Source: an uncultured bacterium
Lineage (GTDB): Bacteria > CAZSTA01
DNA length: 39,102 nt
Direction of reading: 5' to 3'
Assembly (NCBI GenBank): GCA_964609495.1
Contig: CAZSTA010000008.1
Location: forward strand, 1 to 39,102
Shown here: positions 1 to 9,622 of the stretch, piece by piece
Numbering within the stretch: the first letter of the stretch is position 1
How the letters are laid out: each line of letters opens with the position of its first letter
The notes under the pieces: generated by a model
Database searches by the model: none
Told to the model about the DNA's origin: nothing
Seen by the model: the letters and a program-made list of their open reading frames with translations, nothing else
Program-made: the position numbers and the translations under genes

Positions 1-2
1 GA

Positions 3-881
3 GGCTTCCCTGATAAGGTTCCCCTAAATCCGAGGATTTTGGATGAAGTGAAGGAGGATGATTATATCCGCCGCAAGGTAGCTTTCGACACCGAGCCAGG
101 AGTATCAGTTCCCGCCTATCTCCTCATACCTGACAAATTAAGGACCTCTGACAAGAACCGAGCTATGTTATGTTTACATGGGCATGGTTATGGGATAACG
201 GAGCTCGTTGGGGTAGCACCTAACGAGGAGATAGAGGAACACATAAAAGTTCATAACTCCGATTATGCCCGTCAATTCGCCAAGAGGGGATATGTAGTCC
301 TCGCTCCTGAGGCGCGGGGTTTTGGAGAGAGGGCGGATGGATCGGAGGATGGCTGTCATATCCCAGGCGTAATAGCTCTCTTCTTGGGCAAGCCAGTTAC
401 GGGATTGAGGACTTGGGATGATATGCGAGCTTTGGATTATCTCAGTTCCCTGCCCAAAGTTGATCCAGAGCGTATAGGTTGCGTTGGGCTATCCGAGGGT
501 GGAAAGAGAACGATGTATCTCTCCGCTTTAGATGATCGGATCAAGGTTGCTATAATCAGCGGATATTTCTCGAGCTTCCGCTTGGAGGTCGGGAAGTGGA
601 AGACCTATGGTTATCATGATATATGCAACTACATTCAGGGGCTTCTAAGATACGCTGATTATCCTGACATCGTCTCTCTGATAGCAGATCGACCTCTGCT
701 CATCGAGTATGGGAATAAAGATCCGCTCTATTCCTTAGATGTAGTCGAGTCTGCTTATAAGATGGTGCAAGAGGCGTATAAGGATATGGGGGCGGAGGAC
801 AAGATCGATATCGACATCTTTGAAGGGGAACATCAGTTCAGCGGGGCGAAAGCCTTCGCTTGGGTCGATAAATGGCTTTAG
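3..881 (+). CDS. Alpha/beta hydrolase (dienelactone hydrolase / acetylxylan esterase-like), 5'-truncated by the window edge
   Basis: Frame is open from base 3 (GFPDKVPLNPRILDEV...), so TTG at 39 is probably not the true start. LCLHGHG, nucleophile elbow GLSEGG (GxSxG), GNKDPL Asp and GEHQF His complete a catalytic triad. Confidence 0.85.
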   Translation, partial: GFPDKVPLNPRILDEVKEDDYIRRKVAFDTEPGVSVPAYLLIPDKLRTSDKNRAMLCLHGHGYGITELVGVAPNEEIEEHIKVHNSDYARQFAKRGYVVLAPEARGFGERADGSEDGCHIPGVIALFLGKPVTGLRTWDDMRALDYLSSLPKVDPERIGCVGLSEGGKRTMYLSALDDRIKVAIISGYFSSFRLEVGKWKTYGYHDICNYIQGLLRYADYPDIVSLIADRPLLIEYGNKDPLYSLDVVESAYKMVQEAYKDMGAEDKIDIDIFEGEHQFSGAKAFAWVDKWL

Positions 882-910
882 AATTTAATTTGAATTAAGG
901 AGACAATCGT

Positions 911-2341
911 ATGAGTTCACCTCCTAAAAGCTACGTAAATCTCCTGGAGGGCAATGTTACTAAGACCCTCCTTCACTTAGCTTGGCCGATAATAGTTTCC
1001 TCTTTGTTTCAAACAAGCTTTAATATTGCTGATACGATCTTCGTTGGTAGGGTTGGAGCGAATGCCTTGGCCGCGGTGAGTCTTACCTTCCCAGTAAATT
1101 TTCTCTTCTTTGCCATAGGAAACGGAGCGGCGATCGGGATAACCTCCCTGATAGCCAGATCCATAGGTGCAGGTGATATGAAGAAGGTCAGCAATGTAGC
1201 CAATCATTCTCTGCTTCTGATAGTCATATTGAGCATCTCTGGCACCCTAATAGGGGTCTTATGGGGGAGGAATATTTTTGAACTGATGAGAATTAGGGAG
1301 GATATATTGGAGTTGAGCTGGAGCTATATGAGGATAATATTTACTGGAATTGGAGCTATGTTCATCGCAGTGATATTGGAGGGAGTTCTTAGGGGAGAAG
1401 GAGATATGAAAACTGCGATGAGGATAATAGCTATCGCTATTACAATCAATATAATCCTCGATCCTATTCTGATCTTCGGCTTAGGTCCTTTTCCCAAAAT
1501 GGGGGTCGCAGGAGCAGCCCTAGCCACGGTAATATCTAGGGTGATTGGCTGTTTTATCTTAGCTCTCCATTTTATTCGAGGTCGCTCCTCCGTTAAGTTC
1601 AACCTTAAAGAATACTCTTATGATAGCGGTATAATTAAGGATATAGTCCGGGTGGGGTTGCCCACCACTATATCTATGGGGGCTATGTCCATATCTACGG
1701 CTATTATCAATAGTATGATAATAAGGTTTAGCCCCTTTGCTATGGCGGCTTGGGGAGTTACGGGAAGGCTTAGCTCGATCGCTTTCTTACCTGCCCTAGG
1801 CATTTCCGCGGCAAATACAACCTTAGTGGGACATAACTATGGCGCTAAGAAATATGATAGAGTGGAGATCTCAGCTTTTATCGGCGCTAAATTGGCTTTT
1901 CTCTTTATGTTCAGCATCGGGGCTATCTTTTTCCTCTTTCCCGATTTCTTAGTAGGAATATTCAATAGGGAGCCTGAGGTATTGCGATATGGTAGAGAGA
2001 TATTCCGCATCACTACCATAGGTTACGGTTTCATTGGAGTATCGATCTTAATAGGAGGATCTTTCCAGGGATTAGGGAGAGGAACACCGGCTTTAATTGT
2101 GAGCCTATTCCGTATAGGAGTCATCTATCTTCCCGCCGCTTATCTACTGGCATTCACTTATGGCTTGAAGACGGCGGGGATCTGGATCGCGATGGTCATT
2201 GGAGATGCCATAGCTTCTTCAGTAGCGGTAGGTTGGTTCACAAGAACTATAAATAAGATCAGGAGTGATTATAGGGCTGGAGAGTTAGCTATTGCAGAAG
2301 TTGAAATTGCCTCATCTCATCCTTCGGACACCTCATCCTAG
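911..2341 (+). CDS. MATE family efflux transporter
   Basis: About 12 hydrophobic segments; MATE motifs LAWPII, FNIADTIFVGRVG, LRGEGD, NIILDPILIFG, GVAGAALAT; RBS AAGGAG near 897-902. Confidence 0.93.
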   Translation: MSSPPKSYVNLLEGNVTKTLLHLAWPIIVSSLFQTSFNIADTIFVGRVGANALAAVSLTFPVNFLFFAIGNGAAIGITSLIARSIGAGDMKKVSNVANHSLLLIVILSISGTLIGVLWGRNIFELMRIREDILELSWSYMRIIFTGIGAMFIAVILEGVLRGEGDMKTAMRIIAIAITINIILDPILIFGLGPFPKMGVAGAALATVISRVIGCFILALHFIRGRSSVKFNLKEYSYDSGIIKDIVRVGLPTTISMGAMSISTAIINSMIIRFSPFAMAAWGVTGRLSSIAFLPALGISAANTTLVGHNYGAKKYDRVEISAFIGAKLAFLFMFSIGAIFFLFPDFLVGIFNREPEVLRYGREIFRITTIGYGFIGVSILIGGSFQGLGRGTPALIVSLFRIGVIYLPAAYLLAFTYGLKTAGIWIAMVIGDAIASSVAVGWFTRTINKIRSDYRAGELAIAEVEIASSHPSDTSS

Positions 2342-2365
2342 ATTTCGAGAAAGGAGTGATAGATA

Positions 2366-4090
2366 ATGGATAAGATATTGCGGGTTAATATGAGCGCTAA
2401 AGAGGTTCAATTTGAGGCTGTGCCTGATAAGTATGAAAGGTGGGGAGGCAGAGGTCTTACTTCTTCGATCATCTTAGATGAAGTTGATCCTCAGGGGCAT
2501 CCTCTAAGCGATAGAAATAAGGTGATCTTCGCCCCTGGTATATTATCTGGGACTCCTGCTCCGTGTATGGGCAAGCTCTCAATAGGTAGTAAGAGCCCTC
2601 TGACGGGAACGATCAAGGAGAGCAATGTCGGAGGAACAGCGGGAACGAAGTTCCCTAGATTGGGAATTAAAGCTCTCATTATCGAAGGAGAACAGCGGAA
2701 TAATGATTGGTATATACTTTATATAGATAAGGATTCTGCCAAGTTAGAGTCAGCAAAGGATATCTATGGCCTTGGCAACTATGATACCGCCGCCCGCCTG
2801 CAAGAGAGATATGGCAAGAGAGTGTCTATCCTCTCTATAGGTCAGGCAGGAGAGATGAAGCTATCCGCTTCTTCGATCGCCTCCACCGACTTGAAATCCT
2901 ATCCTTCTCGCCATGCTGGTCGAGGTGGATTAGGGGCTGCTTTGTCTGCAAAAGGCATAAAAGCTATAGTACTAAACGATGAGAGAACCAAGAAGTTCGT
3001 TCCCTTAGTTGATAGAGATCGTTTTAAAAAGCTCTCGCTACAGTTATCCAAGCAATTAGTAGAAACTAAGAAAGGGCTGACTAAATATGGGACTGCGCAG
3101 ATGATCGATACTACTAACAGCTTGGGGGGATTGCCCACTAGGAACTTTCGTCAAGGCGCATTCGAGGGCGCGGAGAAGATCAATGGACAAGCTCTATATG
3201 ATAATATCAAGGCGAGAGGAGGAACGATAAGTCTGCCTTGTATCCCTAGCTGTGTGATCAGATGTGCTAACTCCTATCCTGATAAGGATGGTAATTATTT
3301 AACCTCCAGCTTAGAATATGAAACGATCGCTATGCTAGGAGCCAATTGCGGAATAGATGATCTTGATGTCATCGCTATCCTAGATAAGCTATGCGATGAT
3401 TACGGCTTAGATGTGATAGATACTGGAGGAGCGATCGGGGTAGCGATGGAGGCGGGGCTTTTGAAATTCGGCGATGGAGAAGCTGCGATCAATCTGCTCA
3501 AGGAAGTAGGGGCTAAGACTCCGCTGGGTAGGATTATCGGCAGTGGAGCGAATCTAACAGGAAGGATATTAGGAGTGAAGCGGGTTGCTCAGGTAAAAGG
3601 ACAGGGGATGTCAGCTTATGATCCTCGAACCTTCAAAGGTTTCGGGGCAACCTACATCTCCTCCACGATGGGAGCAGATCACACCGCTGGTCCCGCTATC
3701 CCCGGACGTGGCGGTCTCCATCCCAGCAAGAAATCGGAGGTGCATGAACCGGAGGACAAAGCTGAGTTATCGTTAGATCTTCAAATTATGGTTGCCGCAG
3801 TTGATTCAACCGGCTTCTGTTTCTTCGTCGGCCCTCAACCTCCTATGATGAAGATGATAGCTGAGATGCTAAAGGCTCGTTACGGATGGGATTTGACCGC
3901 GGAGGATATAGTTGAGATGGGAAGAGAAATTCTACGTCGAGAGAGACGCTTCAACGAGTTAGCTGGCTTCACCAAAGCTGATAATCGCTTACCATCTTTC
4001 TTCTTGGAAGAGCCTCTGCCCCCCTTCAATCGCGTTTTCGATGTCAGTTATGAGGAGATGGATGATCAGCAGAGGAGATTAGACTATTGA
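2366..4090 (+). CDS. aor: Aldehyde:ferredoxin oxidoreductase family protein (tungstopterin/4Fe-4S)
   Basis: ILRVNMS start, KSPLTGTIKESNVGG, AGRGGLGA, CIPSCVIRC cluster, EYET, LCDDYGLD, YDPR, ERRFNELAGFT; RBS AAGGAG near 2351. Confidence 0.92.
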   Translation: MDKILRVNMSAKEVQFEAVPDKYERWGGRGLTSSIILDEVDPQGHPLSDRNKVIFAPGILSGTPAPCMGKLSIGSKSPLTGTIKESNVGGTAGTKFPRLGIKALIIEGEQRNNDWYILYIDKDSAKLESAKDIYGLGNYDTAARLQERYGKRVSILSIGQAGEMKLSASSIASTDLKSYPSRHAGRGGLGAALSAKGIKAIVLNDERTKKFVPLVDRDRFKKLSLQLSKQLVETKKGLTKYGTAQMIDTTNSLGGLPTRNFRQGAFEGAEKINGQALYDNIKARGGTISLPCIPSCVIRCANSYPDKDGNYLTSSLEYETIAMLGANCGIDDLDVIAILDKLCDDYGLDVIDTGGAIGVAMEAGLLKFGDGEAAINLLKEVGAKTPLGRIIGSGANLTGRILGVKRVAQVKGQGMSAYDPRTFKGFGATYISSTMGADHTAGPAIPGRGGLHPSKKSEVHEPEDKAELSLDLQIMVAAVDSTGFCFFVGPQPPMMKMIAEMLKARYGWDLTAEDIVEMGREILRRERRFNELAGFTKADNRLPSFFLEEPLPPFNRVFDVSYEEMDDQQRRLDY

Positions 4091-4096
4091 TCTTCT

Positions 4097-5686
4097 CTAT
4101 TCCCTACGATAGACGATCGAACCATCGAAGATAGTGTAATCTACTTCGGTGGTTCGAATATCTTCAGGAGAGATGTTAAGGATATCTTTAGATAGCACGA
4201 CTAAATCAGCCAATTTCCCCACTTCTATAGTTCCCTTAATATTCTCCTCGTAGGAGGCATAGGCGGCTCCCTTAGTATAGGAATGAAGTGCTTCAAAGGC
4301 GGTTATTCTCTCTTCTGGGAACCAACCATCGGCGGGCTCTCCGTTCTCACGTCGGCGAGTGACAGCCGCATACATTCCCTTTAAGGGATCTGGACTCTCC
4401 ACCGGGCAATCCGAGCCGAAGGTAAGTCTAGTCCCTCTAGCGAGCAGAGAGCGGAAAGCATAAGCCCAGCGGCTTCTCTCTCCCCAAAACTTATCGGCGA
4501 TGAACATATCGGAGGTGGCGTGAATAGGTTGCATCGAGGCTATAACTCCGAGCTGGCTGAAGCGAGGTAGATCTTCGGGAGTGAGCAATTGGGCATGCTC
4601 GATCCGTTGACGCAGGTCAAACTCATAACCGCCCCTTATACTATCCTCTATAACATCTAAAGCATCCCTATTAGCTCTATCGCCTATAGCGTGAATAGCG
4701 ACACTTATACCAGATCTGCTTGCCTTATTAACCAGATCCAACAATTCCTCATGAGGAGTGACTACCACTCCTAAATTATGAGGGTCATCTTCGTAAGCCT
4801 CGAGCATAGAAGCGGTTTTAGATCCCAAACTGCCATCGGCGAATAGTTTCACCCCTCCGATACGAAGCTTATCGTTCCCAAAGCCAGTTCTTATCCCCAA
4901 CTTGATAGCCTCTTCGAGGTTATCCTTGGGAATCATCATATATACCCGTAGCCCTAATTCACCTTCACGCAATAAGTCTTGAAAAACTTGAAATGCCTCT
5001 CTCCCTTCGCAATTATGAATACTTGTTATACCCAAAGCTTGAACTTTCGAGATAGCCTCTCCTACCGACTCACTTAACGTTTCCCGATCAGCCACAGGAA
5101 TTATATTATAAATCGCAGACATCGCTCTTTCTCGGAGAAGTCCGGTTAACTCGCCCTTTGCATCTCGCCCGATTTCTCCTCCCTCAGGATCAGGAGTGGA
5201 ACTAGTTATACCCGCCCGATGAAGAGCAAGAGAATTGACCCAAAGTTGATGCCCATCCTTGCGCGTCAGAGCAACTGGATTATCATCTGCTACGCGGTCT
5301 AGATCTCTCTTATGGGGAAGTTCACCCCCTTCCCATGTATGATGATCCCATCCCCCTCCTAGTATCCATTCTCCTTTCGCCCTGCTTTTCACTGAGCTTC
5401 GAACCCTATTTATCACCTCCTCCAGCGAGGAAATCCCACTTAGCATTATCTGTCTCAAGCTCATCGCATAGGCGGTGAAGTGTATATGGGAGTCGGTGAA
5501 GCCAGGAACTACTACCCTTCCCTTAAGGTCGATCATCTCTGTATCCCTGTTTCTCAATCCTTCTATCTCGTTTGTCTTTCCTAAGGCAGAGATCTTACCT
5601 TCTGAGATAGCGACTGCAGTCGCCTGAGGATCCCTATCAGCAAGGGTATGTATTAGGCCATTGTATAGAATAATATCGATCTTCAT
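4097..5686 (-). CDS. Amidohydrolase family 3 (YtcJ-like) metallo-hydrolase
   Basis: PGFTDSHIH, KLFADGSLGS, HAIGDRA, RIEHAQ, SMQPIH, FGSDCPV and GKLADLVVL motifs. Confidence 0.92.
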   Translation of the reverse strand: MKIDIILYNGLIHTLADRDPQATAVAISEGKISALGKTNEIEGLRNRDTEMIDLKGRVVVPGFTDSHIHFTAYAMSLRQIMLSGISSLEEVINRVRSSVKSRAKGEWILGGGWDHHTWEGGELPHKRDLDRVADDNPVALTRKDGHQLWVNSLALHRAGITSSTPDPEGGEIGRDAKGELTGLLRERAMSAIYNIIPVADRETLSESVGEAISKVQALGITSIHNCEGREAFQVFQDLLREGELGLRVYMMIPKDNLEEAIKLGIRTGFGNDKLRIGGVKLFADGSLGSKTASMLEAYEDDPHNLGVVVTPHEELLDLVNKASRSGISVAIHAIGDRANRDALDVIEDSIRGGYEFDLRQRIEHAQLLTPEDLPRFSQLGVIASMQPIHATSDMFIADKFWGERSRWAYAFRSLLARGTRLTFGSDCPVESPDPLKGMYAAVTRRRENGEPADGWFPEERITAFEALHSYTKGAAYASYEENIKGTIEVGKLADLVVLSKDILNISPEDIRTTEVDYTIFDGSIVYRRE

Positions 5687-5777
5687 AGAGTAGAGGTACC
5701 TCCATTATTGGAAAGAGGAGGAGATCAACTCTTTATTTCCCCTCCTTTTTGTTTTTGAGTTTCTAATCGGAGTATCA

Positions 5778-6010
5778 TATTCTTAGTTCTTCGTTAGGGA
5801 GTTAAAGACTAATACCCCCTCACCCTATCCCTCTCCCACGAGGGGAGAGGGAACATCCAGATAAGCTTGCTCCCTTTAGTTCCCCCTCCCTTGATGGGAG
5901 GGGGTTAGGGGGAGGGTGATAATTAACAAGATTCTTTGATAGCCTTATTAATTCAGCAAAAACCAAGATGGGAGGGATTAGGAGAAGGTGATTTATGAAG
6001 ATTCAAGATC
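5778..6010. repeat. REP/REPIN-like palindromic repeat, copy 1 (two inverted C-rich/G-rich units plus a degenerate extra half-unit)
   Basis: CCCTCACCCTATCCCTCTCCC-ACGAG-GGGAGAGGG, then CCCCCTCCC-TTGAT-GGGAGGGGG-TTAGGGGGAGGGTGA. Near-identical to 30989-31210, including the spacer GAACATCCAGATAAGCTTGCTC. Degenerate half at 5967-6010. Confidence 0.88.
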
Positions 6011-6014
6011 GCCT

Positions 6015-6923
6015 CTAACCAGCATAGCCTGCCACATAGAAATAGAGAATGCTCTTAACCTCTCCTTCGCTTTCCACCTGAATATCCGCTATCAACTCAT
6101 TTAAGCCATCATTATCAGCATCTCCAATAGCAAGTTTGAAGATAGAGCCTTCTATCTTCTCGCTCCGCCATTTCTCCACCAAATTATCATCTTCCCATTC
6201 TAGAAAGTATAATTGATCCCCTTCTCCGAAGGGATTAGCGGAGGTGGCTATAACTTCGGCTCGACCATTGAGATCCAAATCATAAGCGGCTAAACCAACT
6301 CCATAATCGGTATCACTTGTCCAGTTCTCGATCAGGTTAGAATTATATACTCTAATCTTATCGGAATTATCAACCACCACCCAATCATCGAGCTTATCTC
6401 CATCTATATCTGCCCCCAATAGGGTATAGAAATCAGTAGGGATATTTAACCTGGTCTTTTCGATCTTCTCTGGAGAAATAAGGGTCTGCTTTGTGGTTCG
6501 ACTAGCTAAATAATAATTATTCTCTTCTGCAAGGTGAGTTACAATCAAGGTCTTCTTTTCCTTCTGAGATAATATCACATTGCCCTGGATAAAGCCCACC
6601 TTTATCAAGTTCCCCCCATCCCACTTTAAGATATCTCCTCCCTCCCTTATCCCATCGGAGATAAATATTTCCTCCTTCCCATCGTCATCTAAATCGATCA
6701 GAACTAGATTTCTGATCATCTCCCTGCTCCTCTGTGTCTTCAGAGAGGTGAGCGATAAATCATAGCAGATAACCTCTCGGAAGAAAGACCCATCCCAACT
6801 TAATATCAGCAACTTATCAGAAGTTAGGACCACTATCTCCTTTTGACCATCGCTTATGACATCCCCTACCGCTAAATCAATTATACGGAAGTCGAAGAGT
6901 TGGCTCTTCTCTTCAGCATATAT
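6015..6923 (-). CDS. FG-GAP/VCBS repeat region; probably the C-terminal part of a frameshifted gene
   Basis: Repeats DLDDDGKEEI, ADIDGDKLDD, DLDLNGRAEV, GDADNDGLNEL. The frame stays open upstream of the called GTG (6833) to 6923 and encodes another repeat, DLAVGDVISDGQKEIVV. Confidence 0.8.
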   Translation of the reverse strand: MYAEEKSQLFDFRIIDLAVGDVISDGQKEIVVLTSDKLLILSWDGSFFREVICYDLSLTSLKTQRSREMIRNLVLIDLDDDGKEEIFISDGIREGGDILKWDGGNLIKVGFIQGNVILSQKEKKTLIVTHLAEENNYYLASRTTKQTLISPEKIEKTRLNIPTDFYTLLGADIDGDKLDDWVVVDNSDKIRVYNSNLIENWTSDTDYGVGLAAYDLDLNGRAEVIATSANPFGEGDQLYFLEWEDDNLVEKWRSEKIEGSIFKLAIGDADNDGLNELIADIQVESEGEVKSILYFYVAGYAG

Positions 6924-7693
6924 TTATCTTCGGATGGTTTGGCAGAGGGAGAGAAGAGGAGGCTTACTGATATATCCTTTATTATATCTTCCGCGGCGAC
7001 AGCTCTGACAAGTCCTGTTCCCGTATCTATCACGGAGACTCGCAGATCGATCACCACTCCTAGATCGGTCGCAGTTCCAAGTATTATCCCTCCGAAGTTC
7101 CCAATACTTTGCGCTATAGAAGGGTCGAATCCCTCGCCTTTCCTCAATAGAGCTATCTTCTTTCGCAGGTCCAACGACAGTTGACTCTCCCGTATCACCT
7201 GAATCTGAGGGAAATCGAGCAAATCGCTCGCCAATATCTGGGATACTAGATCGGTGAAGTTATTCTTCTCCCCCCGAGAGGTCACGAAATCAAGGACCAA
7301 AATTCTCCTGAAAGTGGGCTTAGCCATAACCTCATCGCCCACCTTTATGCTTTCCAGGGAATAACCCGCCAGAGGTTCAGCGATAGCCATCCTCTCTCCA
7401 GCCCATCTTATCCGAACCTCAGCACATTTCTCCCTTCTCTCCTCTACTCCTCGAAAGACCTCGCACTCCATCCCTTCCTTAATACCGGCGCCCTCCTTTA
7501 AATCGATGTAGATTCCCGAGGAGGATATGAGCTCCACCTCTCCTTTAAATAGAGAAAGTCCAGAATCCCAAATCTGCTGAGATAATTTTGCCACCGCAGG
7601 ATTGATCGAACTCACCCCAGTATCGGCAAGGGAGGAGTAGGGGAATAGAAGGATTATCAGTAGAGAGGATATCAATATAATATTACGCATCAT
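6881..7693 (-). CDS. Exported protein with FlgT-C-like and CsgG/TolB-N-like domains; probably the N-terminal part of a frameshifted gene
   Basis: Signal peptide ending SLA-D. IYIDLKEGAGIKEGMECEVFR...IKVGDEV suggests FlgT-C; ILVLDF...GGIILGT...LRVSVIDTGTGLV suggests CsgG/TolB-N. Confidence 0.7.
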   Translation of the reverse strand: MMRNIILISSLLIILLFPYSSLADTGVSSINPAVAKLSQQIWDSGLSLFKGEVELISSSGIYIDLKEGAGIKEGMECEVFRGVEERREKCAEVRIRWAGERMAIAEPLAGYSLESIKVGDEVMAKPTFRRILVLDFVTSRGEKNNFTDLVSQILASDLLDFPQIQVIRESQLSLDLRKKIALLRKGEGFDPSIAQSIGNFGGIILGTATDLGVVIDLRVSVIDTGTGLVRAVAAEDIIKDISVSLLFSPSAKPSEDKYMLKRRANSSTSV

Positions 7694-8664
7694 CTGAGCT
7701 TTATCTCCGAAGAATCTCCGACATTTAGTTTATAGAAATTCCCGCTTACCTCTGCGTTATCCCCTATCAAGGAATCTCGCAATAGGATATGTTCCACCTT
7801 AGCATTCTCATTTATAATAGTATCGGTGATTATCGAATCCGTTATCACCGAGCCACCAGCTATCGAGACATAAGGACCGATAATGGAGTTATCTATCCTC
7901 GCGTAAGGAGAAATGAAGACTGGAGGCCTCACGATAGAGCCTTCAAGCTCATAATCAGTGTGCTTCAGCTCCAGAAGATAGCGGTTGGTGGCTAGAAGAG
8001 ACTCAGCCTCCCCACAGTCGAACCACCCTTCAACCTCGAAGGTAGTGATCTTCTCTCCCCCCTCGATCATCACCCTCAAAGCATCGGTCAGTTGATATTC
8101 CCCTTTAGTCCTTAGGCCCTCCTTTATGATTTTTTCCAGAGAGGCGAAGAGGCTCTGAGTGGTATTGATATAATAAATACCTACTATAGCCAGATCGGTG
8201 GGGGGCAGGTCGGGTTTCTCCACCAGATTACTGATGAAATCCCCTGATAATTCCACAATTCCGAATCGCCTAGGATCGCTGACCTTCTTAACGCCAATGG
8301 AATTATAGGGGCTATTCATTATCTGCTTAAAATCAGCCTTAAAGATCGTATCTCCCAAGATTATCAAGATCGGCTCATCGGATATATAGTCCTTTGTTAA
8401 ATATATAGCGTGTCCCAGTCCTTTTCTCTCGCTCTGCTCAACATAGCTCACTTTGAAATCATAGTTATTATCGACATATTCCATCACCTTCTCTCCCATA
8501 TACCCGATCACCAATACTATCTCCTCGATAGATAGAGCTTTGATCTCATCCAAGATATACCCCAAGATAGGCTTTCCCGCTACCTGGATTAAGGCTTTAG
8601 GGATGGTATGGGTATGAGGTCTTAGTCTGCTTCCCACTCCAGCAGTCGGTATTACAGCTTTCAT
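7690..8664 (-). CDS. Sugar-phosphate nucleotidyltransferase (long-form glucose-1-phosphate thymidylyltransferase-like)
   Basis: AGVGSRLRPHT...PKAL, GLGHAI, ILGD, VEKP, GEYQLTDAL, WFDCG, and a C-terminal left-handed beta-helix region. Confidence 0.9.
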   Translation of the reverse strand: MKAVIPTAGVGSRLRPHTHTIPKALIQVAGKPILGYILDEIKALSIEEIVLVIGYMGEKVMEYVDNNYDFKVSYVEQSERKGLGHAIYLTKDYISDEPILIILGDTIFKADFKQIMNSPYNSIGVKKVSDPRRFGIVELSGDFISNLVEKPDLPPTDLAIVGIYYINTTQSLFASLEKIIKEGLRTKGEYQLTDALRVMIEGGEKITTFEVEGWFDCGEAESLLATNRYLLELKHTDYELEGSIVRPPVFISPYARIDNSIIGPYVSIAGGSVITDSIITDTIINENAKVEHILLRDSLIGDNAEVSGNFYKLNVGDSSEIKLR

Positions 8665-8684
8665 TGCGACCTCCGATCATAAAT

Positions 8685-8717
8685 ATAGGAGGAGTAGAGG
8701 AGAGAATTCCTCCCCCT
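8685..8717 (+). repeat. 33-bp palindromic element, intergenic copy
   Basis: ATAGGAGGAGTAGAGGAGAGAATTCCTCCCCCT; matches copies at 18095, 18420, 19419, 19845 and 21500. Confidence 0.85.
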
Positions 8718-8719
8718 CT

Positions 8720-9622
8720 TTAGAATTTCTCGATCACTGGCTCGAAGCCAGCTTTATCTAGCCAGCTTAGGTACTCCTCGGGGGTGAGTTCATCTGGCGA
8801 TTTTCCAGAAAGAGCTACTAAGATCGCCTCTATAACATTCGTCCCAAAAGTTCTCTCCTGCATTCTAGGGGTAGTGGTAACTAGAACAGAGACCCCTCTT
8901 TCCCTCAGCGCCTCCACATCGGAGGGGGTAGTCGTATTAGTTATCACTATCTTCCCCGTCATATCAGGAGGCATATCGTGCTTTATATAATTTAAATCGC
9001 CCGCGATGATCTCTGCCTCTCTGATGAACTTCATCCGACTCGATTCCTTCGGCTCGGCTTCCTGCTTACTGCCAGTGGGGTAGAAGACCTCGATCGGAAG
9101 AAGAGTCAAAATAGGCATCAATATCTTAGCTAGGAGGATAACAGACTCTATCTTCTTCAAGGGTATTGGAATCCCTAGAGCGAACATCAGATCGCCAAAG
9201 GTAGTCTCACATCCAGCCTTAAGACAGCCACGAGCCGTACCGAAGCGATCGACAGCTAGAATGACTAAAGCCTTCTTCCCCTTTATCGGGATTCCTCTGT
9301 CGGGAAGGGATAGGATTAATCTCTCCTCCATCGCATTTCTTAAACCTGTTCCATCGACCGCGGGGGTTCGTTTCAGCATGGAGATCAATCTCCTAGTATC
9401 CCTAAATTCATACTTCCTCGAACCGATGATAAAGTAGAGATTCGTTCCCCCCAGACCGATAGCATCTACCTTCCCATCCAGTTCTTCGAGAAGTTGCCTA
9501 GCTTTCTTCTTATCCCCATCAGTCCCTATTCGCTCGATCTTAAACTCCTCTCCTAGAATCTCCATCTCCACCGATTTATCTCTAGTGGATGATCCTAAAC
9601 TTACGCTTACTACTCTCTTCAA
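8720..9622 (-). CDS. Conserved protein of the family commonly auto-annotated 'quinate 5-dehydrogenase' (function unverified)
   Basis: VVSVSLGSSTRD, IERIGTDGD, DAIGLGG, VDGTGL, FGDLMFALGIP, VTTTPR...FGTNVIEA are typical of that family as I recall it. Confidence 0.75.
   Translation of the reverse strand: MKRVVSVSLGSSTRDKSVEMEILGEEFKIERIGTDGDKKKARQLLEELDGKVDAIGLGGTNLYFIIGSRKYEFRDTRRLISMLKRTPAVDGTGLRNAMEERLILSLPDRGIPIKGKKALVILAVDRFGTARGCLKAGCETTFGDLMFALGIPIPLKKIESVILLAKILMPILTLLPIEVFYPTGSKQEAEPKESSRMKFIREAEIIAGDLNYIKHDMPPDMTGKIVITNTTTPSDVEALRERGVSVLVTTTPRMQERTFGTNVIEAILVALSGKSPDELTPEEYLSWLDKAGFEPVIEKF

Larger units (their letters stand above)
6015..7693 (-). pseudogene. Single ~560-aa exported FlgT/CsgG + FG-GAP gene split by a 1-nt frameshift (or sequencing error)
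   Basis: The two frames overlap at 6881-6923. Adding one base in CTGAAGAGAAGAGC (about 6903-6916) gives continuous ...KYMLKEKSQLFDFRIIDLAVGD. Confidence 0.7.
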
